Of a stretch of DNA of 64,000 bases, positions 52,081 to 64,000 are shown one piece after another. The notes beneath the pieces are model-generated. The model was given only the letters and a program-made list of their open reading frames with translations, made no database searches and was not told the DNA's origin. Made by a program: the position numbers and the translations under genes. The number at the start of each line of letters is the position of its first letter. Position 1 is the stretch's first letter. Source of the stretch: Auanema rhodensis (Eukaryota > Animalia > Nematoda); the NCBI GenBank assembly GCA_964057225.1, contig OZ059899.1, forward strand, positions 15,066,001 through 15,130,000, in the 5' to 3' direction.

Positions 52081-55000
52081 ACTCTCTTCCACCTCCTCTC
52101 TTCCTTTCACCTATCTACTCCTCTCCCTTTCTCTCAATATTCTTCGGAATAAAATCTTTTTTTCCATCTCGACATCTTCCAAACCATATGTTAATTCATG
52201 TTGTCTTCTATCCGGCCGACGAACCGTTTCCATCTCCCGCAAAGCACCTTCATCTCATCGCCGTCTAAACTCTACTTGCTGCTGCTGGTTCAGCCCTCCG
52301 GCGATAATCGACCTTTTAATTGAACAAATCGATTGATTCTGAATGATTTCTGACCATATACCGCCAGCAATTTTCGTTTCAAAACTCTTTCTTCAATCTT
52401 GCAAGCATCATATTCTATCAGATCATGATTTTGCGTATGAGTATCATCTTCTAACTGCCAATTCTAATCATTTTCTGGTAAAAAATTATCCAATATAATC
52501 CACTTGTTTTTCTCATTCTTCTTAAGCTTTTTCAATATTTTTGTTTTAAATTTAGAATGTTTTGACTATTTTCATGTTATTCTTGTCTTCTTACCATATA
52601 CCACATAGGTTATTTATATTCTAATTATACATAAATACATAAATATATTGATATATAACTATACATATATAATATAATTTAATTATATACTATATACTAT
52701 ATATAATATATAGATAAATAGATTTTTGTTTGTTTTAGTTTTTTGGCCGCTAATACCATATCAACTTCATCTTCTTCATTCCTATAACTTTATAGCATTT
52801 CCTCTATCCCTCTCTTTCTTTCATTTTTTAAAAGAAATATATTTGTATCTTTGATTTTTGAAATACAGCTGTAACCAACATCATAATATATATTTTAAAG
52901 AGTATTATTAGAAAATACATCTAAATACTATGTAAAGTTGAGAGAGTACTAGAGAAAATGTTGAATACTAGTAGCATACCAGGCTGATCCGTCTGCCTGT
53001 TTTCCTCATCAAAATCGGCAATTATTGTCAAGTTCTACACGAAATTCGGGTCGTTTGAAACGGCTAAGCCGTTCCGACTGCACTTTGGCCTTCTGCCATT
53101 CGCATGTAAACAAGCTAACTTCTTAGAGAAGCAACTTTGTTTCTCTCTCTAACTGTCTTTTTCTATCTCGCAGTCTCTTAAGGTTTCGTACTCTCTCTCT
53201 CTCGTTCACTTATTCTATTGAAACTTGCCTCACAAGGAGTTAGCAATCAGATGACGTCAATCATTTTGCAGAACTTCTTCATAACAATCTTTCTTTGTAA
53301 AAGAGTAAGTAAGTAAGTAAGTGAGATGATGTTCAGTTCATGTTCCACTGCAAAGACATACATGTATGTCAGTCAGTCAGTTAGTTGGTTCACGTACTCA
53401 CGTGTAACAACATGCTGATGTATCATAAGCTATAAACTAGTTGATTTCATCGTGTTCACCATCCTCTCCCTTCACATCTAAATGTTTCGTTTTTCTGAAG
53501 AAAAATGGATGTATTTGTCATCTCTATTCGGAAAAACATTTGCAGCTTAAGCTCAACCAACTTTGCAATGTGCTGCTTGCTATTTTCTCGTCGATCTCTT
53601 ATCGTATGTTAGAGGGCGAGGGGGGGGGTTGAGAATAGGATATACTAAAATAGAATTTCTTGATCTCTCTCTATGTCTCTTTATCTCTCTCTCTTTCCAT
53701 TTTTCTCTCTCTTTCTCTTTTTCTTTCCATTTTAAATTGAAAAAAAAGTTTTTAATTAGATTAAACTGCTTATATAAGCTGCTGCAACTTTTGTAATTTG
53801 TTTTTGAATTTTCTCATTTTGTTCATCGTCTTCCTTTTCGATAGATCTATCTCCTCAAAATTAAATATATATTATTCGTTTATTTCTGTTTTTTTTCCAT
53901 CAAATGTGATTTCTCTGATAGTTTGATGCTCACAATCATACATCTATGTCGTTGTCGTCGCTGTTCATGTTCATGATAAGAGACAACTTCTGACAGAAAA
54001 CCTTGTATGTGTCTTACATCTACCCTAGTCATGTTACATTTAAGATTTTGAGATGTGAAGAAGTCTTTTCATGTTAAGTTTGACTTATCATCCATACAAC
54101 GGAAATGTTCTTCTTCTTCTTCTTCTTTTCCTTCTTCTTATTCTGTAGAATCGGTAATGAAGACGTGAAGTCAGCATGAACGAGACGACGTCGAACGATG
54201 TGATGTGATGTTCAAGGTCGTATGTATCCTCGTCAGTTTCCTCCATCCATGTATTTCCTTGTTAGAAGTAACATTATCACTTGAATTAATTGCAAAATTC
54301 TGATTTGATCTGTCAGCCGCAATAGCCGTCACCAGTAAGCGAATTGTCAATCACAACAGTTCAAAATCGTTTTTCTGAGATTTCCAAAGTTTCTCTTCGC
54401 TTGTTCACGTTTTTTAACAAAAATTTTCACGCCAATAAACAGATGATTGATACCTGTTAGATGGTAGATGGTGTTATAGGTTTACATCATTATCATCATC
54501 GTAACCGTCATCACCTACAGCGCTGTCGTTAACTCCACTTCATCGTCTTCTACAGAATCTACAGTTGATGTTGATGCTTCTGATGATGATGATGATGATG
54601 ATGTTTCATCTACAAAACTCTATTTACATGTTAATGTGAACGAGATATTGTTATTTTAGATTCTCATGTTAGTCATTCGATCACATTACATTTCAAATGT
54701 CTTTCAATAACCTTTTTCAGTCTTTCATATCGAAACTTTTCATATGAAACATTACTTATTTTGAACTTATTCCTTATATCTTCAAATGTTTTCGTTTTGA
54801 AACCATTTTTAATTAAAAATACAAAATAGGTTTAAAGATATAATTCATCTTCTCTCTCTTTCTCTCTCTCTTCCCACTTCCTCCCTCTCTCTCTCTATTG
54901 TTCAACAACTTCCGCTTTGTTTTTCAACTTTAACTTATGCTATTTTAATTCTTTTACTCTTATTATATATTTTAATGTTCTTATGTGCTCATGTAAAATT

Positions 55001-56980
55001 ACAAAATGCTGCTGAAAATGCCTTTAAGCTGTTAATTTAATGTCTTGCAACCTTTTAAATCCAATGGCATTTGAATAACCATAAAAACGATGTTGAAAGC
55101 GAAACATTTTTCTTGCTATATTAGAAAATTTCATTTCCTTCAATTTACTTTTATATTCTCTTTATTTTCATTTTTGTTTTCTTTAAGTCATTAAAATCCG
55201 TAATTCACCTCTTCCCTCTATCAGCATTAAGCTGATTTCAATGAAAATGAACTTTTCTTTTCCTTTTATTCAGCATTGTTTCTATGTTTAGCTTTAAACT
55301 GAAACCGTTTCGAACGGTCGACACAACGTCCGGCCAATCAGCTCAGCTGTTTTCCTTTTGATCGTCAATTGCTTGTCGTTGTCGTCGCCTTCTTCTTCGT
55401 TTGTGGTCTTCTGTCCAATTTCTTTTATCTTGTCACCGTCGCCGTCGCCGTTGTCTTCTTCTGCTTCTTCTTCTTTTCTGCTATCTGTAGGCAAGCAATA
55501 GAGCTTTGCTCATCGTATTCTCCTTTTCAATCGTCTTTTCAATCTCTCTAACTGTCTAATTCTCTTTGCTTTTCATATACAATCTATTTCTAACATCTCT
55601 TGTTATCGTTTTCCTTTCTCAATCCTTGTCAATATTTCCTGTCATTGTCGTTGTTATGGTACTTTACTTCACTTCTGATATAGCATGGCTTCATGATAAC
55701 TGATCTGAATCGCAATCAACTTAAGCTAATGCCAATCAGCATTACCTCACTCTCTCTCTCTCTTTCTCTATCTTTCCCTCTATTTTTTTCTCCAGAAACT
55801 AACTTTTTTCTTTGATTGTTTGGTTCTTTCAACTTTGCAATAGTTGAGCACAGTGATGCTTTCTAGTTGTCCACCATCTCTCAATCGCTTCAATGGAATC
55901 AATTGACCATTTGAGGAAAGAAAAAAGAAAAAAAGTCGTTCAATCAGTTCTTTTTCAACTTTTTTTCCAATAACCTATTGCAAGAGAAGTTCTCTCTGTA
56001 GAAAGAGGGAGATGGTGAAAAGGGAGAAGAAAACATGTTTCTTTTCCATTTTTACTCTTTTTGCTTCTTTTTTTTTTCAATAAAAATGAGACAATGCTCT
56101 GCGCTGATTGTAGGCTCTTCCATATTTTCTTTCATTTTTTTCTTTTTTTTCTTCTTGTTTATATTCTTTTTTTTGTTTTCTAATTTTACCGTAAAACTAT
56201 GAAATCATTTTGAATGTTTTACAAACGCATTGTTGTCAATGTGTTCACCGTATTTTCATTAAATTTCTTATATGCCTCCTCCTTCCCCCTAAGGCAATAA
56301 AGTTGCTTTGTAAGCTGACAAAAAGATTAAAATGTTTTGGCAACATGGTTTGATTGCTGTGATAATGTGCTGAAACAAGATTTGAGACTCATAGTTCGTT
56401 TGTCTCATGTCCTCCCACTCAACCGATTTCTCACCTGGATGCTAGTCTGCTTCCGATCACACCCAATAACTATGCTAAACTCGATTACTTTCATTGAAAA
56501 AACATTCGTCTCCACCTCTTTTTAGCGTTTTTTTCAATCTTTGAACATGAATCTCTCTTTCCTTCTTTCCCCCATCCCCCCCCCTCTCTCTCTCTTTAAT
56601 TCTCTTTATCTTTCTATCTATTTCTCTTATATTTCTACACAAAACCTTTCATTCTCTCATATTCGCTTTCCTATTGACATTCACACTTTATTTCAATTCG
56701 TTTTACTACCTCTTCTTACGTTCTACAACATCATGATTCACATAGAACCTCCCCCCCCCCATCTGAAAGCCATTTCCATCAACAACATCATCATCATGAA
56801 ACGACATGTTATCACGTGGCTTCTTCTTCATTTCAACTTTGCTACTTCTATAGCTCCTATACCGGCTATTTCAACTTTGAAAACTTTTTTTTCTTTTAAC
56901 GAAAGAAAGGCAGAGGTTCAAAAAAAAACGTTTTCAACCGAATAAGAACAGAAAGACGAGAGAAAAAGAGAAAGAGAGTA

Positions 56981-57012
<32 letters not shown>

Positions 57013-57029
57013 TGAGAGAGAGAGAGAGA

Positions 57030-57073
<44 letters not shown>

Positions 57074-59327
57074 GGAATAGAAAATAGTTTTAAAATCACA
57101 ATAACATGATGAAGAACGTTTCACCACTACCATCATTTCCTTGAGTTGTTCGTAATCTTTCTCCCGCCTCCCTGTTCTCGATAAGGTTATCGATATAGCC
57201 AAAAGTGGTGAATAGAGGAGATACTAACCAGTTTTCGAGTTCTGACTGGCTATCTGTCTCTTTCTCGCTCAATCTTGCTAGTGCTGATGAAAAACTCCAG
57301 ACGCCGTTGTCCGTCGTCGTCGTCGTCGTGGTTGTAGTCGTGGTCGTGGTCGTTGCGGCTGTCGTCGATGTAGCTAGCATGTTGTAGATGATAGACGAGG
57401 TTGATATAGGCTTGTCATCCTACATGAAACACAAACGACAATGATTATGAAAGATATATTTAAACAAACTGTTTTTATCAGTTTTTTTTGATATAAGAAT
57501 AGAATACTATAGATGATACACATCTAATTCATATTTGAGCAAAAGATATAGATGATGCAAATAGTATTATGATCTTTTTGATTTTTGTCTTTCTTCATCT
57601 TCACCTTATATGTATGTTCATACATCATGTGAGTTGTGTTGTTCTTTGAACTTGATCAACATTAGCTTGGTTCATGTTATGATGATGATGATGTTATATC
57701 TATCCTTTGCACACGAAACATCTTTGCCTCTTATAAAGAATATATCATCATCATGATCATTGTGGTCATTTGAGAAGTTTATTCTTAATATGAATTGGTC
57801 TTCGTCCGCTTTCTCCGGTCTTCGTCCGCTTTCTCCCTCATCTTTCTCTCTTCTCTATCTCTCGCTTGGTTCTCTCTATCCTCTTTTTGCACTATCACTA
57901 TATCAATTTACCGTAAACATTCATGTCAAATTGAACAAGTAATTATGTTTCGAACGTCCTCAATCTCTTCTTACACATGTTACATCTCTTGCCATTGCCG
58001 TCCATCACATCGTCATGATGCTTGAACGTTGTCATCAGCAACTCTTCTTTCCAGGTGTCTTCTGAATCATCATGTTTCATACTTTCATTCTTCATGTTGC
58101 CATTTTGCCTTTTCATTCGTTTTCCAACCAAAAAGAATAGAAACATCTAAGCAGAGGTTGCAAATTGAAAATTTCATTCTTCTCTTCTGCTACTACTTTC
58201 AGTATATTTTTCCAAAATCATTATTTACCTCTATGTCTTTTAATTCTATTATTTCTTCTTATTTATGAATCTTTTGATCAAAATGTTGTTGAAATCAATT
58301 GAATACCGAAGAATTTTCTTTGAAAATTGCTTTTCATTATCAACATCAGACAATTCTTCAATTAAATTTTCTTCGATTTCCTTGTTATGAACGCGAAGAA
58401 GCTTCCCCCCCCCCTCCGCATCCAATCAGTAGCCTCTCACCTCGTTCTCTGTTTCATCTCATTACAACACCGTAATGGACCCTTTTTCCTTATCAAATAT
58501 TAATATTTTATACTTATATATAATTATATTTATCTTTTCTCTTTTCATTTATTCTTCAAATATTTTTTTTTCTTCATGAAAAAGAAAAAATTCTTACTTT
58601 CAACTGCTTTCAATCGTTTCTTCAATCCGTCGTCGTCTTCGTCGCCTTTCGTCTTCATCAAATATGAGAAAAGAAGGATTAGAAGTCATTGAAACTAGCT
58701 ATTAATTAATTTCTCGCATAGAAAGTAATGTGTTTGAAGAAACTAAACACATAACTGGAAAATATAAGAAGTGATTTGTCATTTCAAGTACCTTGAAATC
58801 TGATAAATTGATTTATTTCAATCAATAATCATTGTTTTCTTCGTTGTTTCTTTCAAGCTAATAACTATATTTATCATTTCATTAACTATACGATTTTTAT
58901 TTTTTTTATATTTAAACTCTCTCTCTCTCCTTCTCTCTCTCACTCTCTTTCTCTTTCTCTCTTTCTCTCTCAGTAATATTATACAGTAAAAGTTATTTTA
59001 TAAAAAATGTTTTTTGAAGTATCATTATGGTTTTTCTCAAGAAAAATATTTCGGTTTTCATGTTTTGTTACTGTTCAATAAGCATTTTTTCATCTTCAAA
59101 TCAACATGTGTATGTCTACTTTCATCATCATTTAAGAAGAAAACTAACAATATTTTTTATTTTAGTTAAGAAGAAAAGTAATAGTTAATAAGAAGTAAAT
59201 GTTTGTTATTTCACTCAAAAATCATTTTCTTCTTTGGATTGTTACTATCTCTCTATCGTTGTACTTGTAGTACTTTGGTTGTTTCCTCATTTCCTCATCT
59301 AACCTCAATCTCTCTTTCTTCTGTATA

Positions 59328-59366
<39 letters not shown>

Positions 59367-60262
59367 GGGGGTAGAACAGTGGCTACATGTGTGTTTCTTT
59401 CAAAAAAAAATCTTCTCCTTCTTAATGAATAATATTTATTTTTCGTCCTTCTTCGTGCTATTCGTGTTCAGGATGATCCTGAGACACAAAAAAAAAAGAT
59501 TTTTGCTTGATGATCATCAGAATGATGTGCTGCTCTATTCTCAAATCATGATGTATATTGACAAATGGATGACTGATGGCACACTATAATCGTCTGAACA
59601 AACGAGAACTCTTCGTTGATTATGGGACAAGAAGATCACTGAATTCACAGTTTTCGTAGTTTTAGTTTCGCAAAAATAGTCAGTACGAACAGTCAGTCAT
59701 ATACAGCTTCATCTGTATCATTTCATTCGTTGAATTCTGTAGATAGTGAAGATGATTCGTAGTCGTTGTCACCTTTAACATACATGATGTGAGACATGAT
59801 GTGCTACTACCATCCTCACCTTGTACTTCTTCGATTGTCTTCTTCGTATTGTATTTCTGATCGTTGACATTCTCTTTTAACAAACTAATTATTAGTCATC
59901 AATGAAAACTAATGTTTTACTTTACTTTTTCAGAAAATCAGCAATCGAGAAATGATGCTTGCAGCTCTAAATCCGTATGGGACGCAGGCTGGCGGCTCAT
60001 CGGTCGCCGGCGCCGGCGCTAATAATCACCATTTTCAAATTGAGGATGTAACAGATGATCCAGAAGTAATTCGTATTCTTTTTGCCGTGTTTTTTAATCC
60101 TTTTACCTAACTTAGTACTCGAATTACGGCAACGAGAATGATGAGCCAGAAGAAGGAGCACTAGTGGAGTACTGTCGCTTAGATGGGCGCAGTCCAGCCG
60201 CTCCTCCGAGAATCTGTGAAGCTTCTACAGTCGTATCAGCTCGTTGTGTTAATCCACCATTG
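47167..60262 (+). CDS. 5' exons of a large unidentified gene (probably continues beyond the window)
   Basis: Phase-compatible exons 47167-47320, 47369-47565, 59934-60065 and 60116-60262 encode MPSANGALSKLLCSCYSPS..EPSE / KISNREMMLAALNPYG..FQIEDVTDDPE / YSNYGNENDEPEEGALVEYCRLDG..CVNPPL. Splice sites are canonical and no stop is reached. Confidence 0.7.
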
Positions 60263-60751
60263 GTTAGTTTCTATTTATATCTTAACATCAGCATGCTCTA
60301 TTTATCTTCCCAAATGTTATTTCTTGGACTCATACACTGCAATTCGAAGAGCTGATCTCCCAAGCGAGACTCGAAGCTCAGGACACTGTCGAAGCACATG
60401 CAATAGTCATATTCAACTTAATTTCTTAATCATATTAGTAAACAATCTTGTATACTGAATGCCATTTTGAGAATTTGAGCATAGTAAGAAGATCAACATG
60501 ATCTTGAAAGGCTGACTAACTAATCACATGATTGCTTCTTGTTCTGCCAAGTAGCAACATCTAAGATAGTATGCCCATACATAGTAAAGAGTAATATGCC
60601 TTGTATGTGTATACATACATGTATATGTACATAGTTCAAATGAAATAAATAGCTTAAGATGTAAGAGTTGTTGGATGTCTTTCTTATCGTTTTCGTTTAT
60701 TTCGTTGAGGAAAGGCTTTATTGAACTTTCAAAACAAACTAAATGAAAGAT

Positions 60752-60802
<51 letters not shown>

Positions 60803-61002
60803 TGAAGCTATATTCAGTATATACATAAGCATATATCTATCCATGTATCTCTGTGTGTGTGTGTGTGTGGTGTGTGAAGATGCTATTTTTTTGTTCAAAA
60901 ATTCCTTCCTCTTCCTCTTCCTTCTTATTTTCAAAAAACTATAAGAATTTGGCATTTTCTTTTCTCATAGCTAATATCTAAAAGATATAAATGTTCTTTT
61001 AT

Positions 61003-61007
<5 letters not shown>

Positions 61008-61058
<51 letters not shown>
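61008..61058. repeat. (TA)n microsatellite
   Basis: Pure TA run. Confidence 0.95.
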
Positions 61059-61062
<4 letters not shown>

Positions 61063-63435
61063 ATCTTAAACTATGAACGCAAAAATAAAATAAAAAAATA
61101 ATTTCCGTCCGTATTTTCTTCAAATATGGAAGAAAGAAGTATGAATAGAAAGAAAGTATGTACTAACTATACCATATAATATATAAAGAGAGAGAGAGAG
61201 AAGGGGGGGGGGAAGTTTCATATTTTTAAAAGAAAAAAAAAAGAATTTGCATCATCATAAATGTCATTTAAAATAAAATGAAATGTCATTCAATAGATTA
61301 GATTTTGCTTTTTCTTCATTTCATTCTCCTTATAAGCTTTTTAATTTATGAAATTCATCATATGTTGTATGAATGACTGGAGACAGATTGAAAGAATCAT
61401 ATAATATATATAATTAATATTTAAATAAAATAAACGACGAAAAGTTCATTTTCATAAAAATTTTTTTAACTTTTATTCTATTTTTTTGCATAAAAATACA
61501 TTTTTTCATTAAATTTTTATAAAAGATTTAACAAAAAAAACTTAAATATATAGAGATAGATAGATAGATATGTGTCTATGCATATAGTTTAATATAAAAA
61601 ATTGACAAAGAAAATAATAATATTGAGAGAAGAAAGAGAGAGAGAGAGAAATCAGAATATAATATATAGAAATAAGATTACTTTTACGAGATTTTTGCTG
61701 CAATACCTTTACTATATAATATAATTAAATTATTTTACAGAGGGCAAACAGAAATATAAATGTTTAATATGTTATTTACATTGTTATGAACATAAAATAT
61801 GTAATAACATGACTTTCATGTTTTTTAGTAGCTGACTTTTCCTTCTTTTTTTTTTTTAGTTTGAAAACCATTTGGACTAAATCTTTTTAATTTCAAATTT
61901 ATTTGATTTCATTTGACTTTTTTTTTGCTTTTGAATTATCCAATTTTGTACTTTGAATTAGATATTATATACATTAATATATTTATGTATTATATACATA
62001 CATACATATACTTCTAAACATTGTAATGATCTTTTATACATATGCACACAACTACATGAAGAAGAAGCACACACAAGCTTTCAACTCATTTTCCATCTTT
62101 GTCGTCATTTTCTCTCTCTCTCTCTCTACCTCTCTCTCTCTCTCTCATTTCTTTGGCATCTTCTCCATTTTCCTTCTAGATGTCAGTCCAAAATTTTTCG
62201 TTTTAATTTCGATGCATATTCAACAAAAAAAATGAAAAGAATGATATTTCTATCGTCTGCTCAAGTAAATATCTTTTGATTTTCTTTCGAAATAGAGTAT
62301 AATTTAGCTTTAGATGTACATGAACGTACTTCGTACTGTGATCAAAGTAATACAAGTTTTTCCTTGCAAAGCTTTTCCTCTTTTTTTTCTCAAAAATCTA
62401 CTCGTTTTCTTCTTTTTCCTCTTCATCTTTTTCATCTTCTTTGCTTCTTCTGGTCATTTATTCAAATCCAAACTCAGTTGAGTTGAGCTATTGCCATAGC
62501 AGATATACATCCATATCCTTTTCTCCTGTTTTTTCTTTGAATTACGTCGTTGAAATAAAGCAAAAAAACGTTTTTTTACTTATTTCCATCACATCTAATT
62601 CTCATAAATATTTCTAATTTTTCAACTTATTTTCCAATTGAGTAGATGAGAGAAAATGATTTTCTATGTAATAGCTTAAGGGCTAACAGCTCTGATAGAT
62701 AGATGATGTCCTGTATGTTCGTGACGACAATACTGATGCTGAAGCCTTTTCTTCAGTTTTTTACTTGCAAATTAACATTCATGTATAATACTTATTTGAA
62801 TTGAGCTAAGTCTTGGCTACTCTTTTCTCTCTTTCTCTTTCTCTCTCTCTATATCTCTCTCTCTGTTTCTATTTTCGTCTAATATCTTCTCTCATCGTTC
62901 AGTAAAAAACTCATGTTTCTTCTTAGTCAGCCGAATCTGAGAGAGAAATGAAAGTGGTATGCAGGCATATGAGAGAATGAGAAAAAGACGTAACTATTGA
63001 AAGAGAATGAGACAAACTGACTGAGATAAGGAGGGAGAGAATGCCACAGAGTTGAGGAAAACGCTTCCGAGGACATATATGGCCTAAAGCGAACAGTCCC
63101 CGGAGGCCAAGTCGATGCTAGTGCTGCCAGCCATCCGACGGCTGTTTTTCCTTTTCAGCTTTTCACTCTCTCTCTCTCTTCGACTTCTTCGTCCTCGTCG
63201 TCTTCTTCTTCGTCTTGCATTTACACGTCTTCATTGCCTAGATTTCTTCACTCTTATCCTGACTTTCACGTATATTCTCATTTACATTTATGATATTTGG
63301 AAAAGCTATATGACTATATTCAAAACTTGAGGAATTCATATTGAAAATGAGTGATCTGGTCTATCTAGAATTCGCCAGATTCTCAATGATTAGCTTTAGT
63401 TCTAGCATCAAGGAAGTGCCAATACAAGAGAAACT

Positions 63436-63478
<43 letters not shown>

Positions 63479-64000
63479 AGAAGAGAATAGTTAGAAGCTC
63501 TGATCATTCAGATCATAGGACATGTAGCATCTCTGTGTTTATAGCATTGATGAGAAGTAGCTTAAGAGTAGAAAAAAACCATTTTAATTCAGAAATGATA
63601 GAGAGACACGACGATAGAAAGAATTTGAATACGATAGAGAGAATGAGATATCGAGAGAGTGAAGACGAGGAAGATGAGAGAGAGATCCTTTCTCATCCAA
63701 TGTTCTCCAGAAACAGCAATACTTCTAGGTTTTTCTCTCTTGCCGAAGTTCTATTGAAGCTCTTCTAATTCGATTGTTCCTTCCAATTGTTTTGCTATAT
63801 TCACAATCTTTTCTTCGTTTTCCTCGTTTTAGCATCTTTCCCTCTCTTCCAATGTCTCATTCTCTCTATCATCTTGTCTCTTTTCCTCTTCTCTCCTGCT
63901 TGTCATATTGTCTTAAACGAGAGAAACATAGACGAAATCCTTCCGATTTCCTTTTTTCGTTTTCGGCCCAATCCGTTGATCCAACGCCTTAACACCCTCC

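Overview
Eukaryotic DNA from a rhabditid-type nematode: 45-50 nt GT..AG introns, TTTCAG-like acceptors, and clear orthologues of C. elegans genes. No prokaryotic features or CRISPR arrays. In order, the window holds: (1) a gld-2 poly(A) polymerase gene; (2) a ~17 kb (GA)n-rich intergenic region containing the muscle microRNA mir-1, a nearby MEF2 site and an intronless 81-aa IER/SERTA-like ORF; (3) a compact cluster of a membrane protein, an rmd/RMDN gene, an NDUFB1-like gene, DUS2, a macin-like peptide and cyclophilin B/cyn-5, with a 327-bp tandem duplication and an intronic mariner remnant; (4) an AT-rich accessory zone with a decayed galectin-like sequence, a MITE with an 8-bp TSD, an Srh/Sri-type chemoreceptor and a CTL-CTL-CUB lectin; (5) a 4.8-kb foldback element whose two near-identical 1.16-kb inverted arms (possibly Merlin-derived) enclose decayed Maverick/Polinton capsid, integrase and protease genes; (6) the 5' exons of a large unidentified gene with a 12.4-kb intron. 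The foldback element is the most unusual structure. All family assignments come from motif recognition by eye; no database searches were run.
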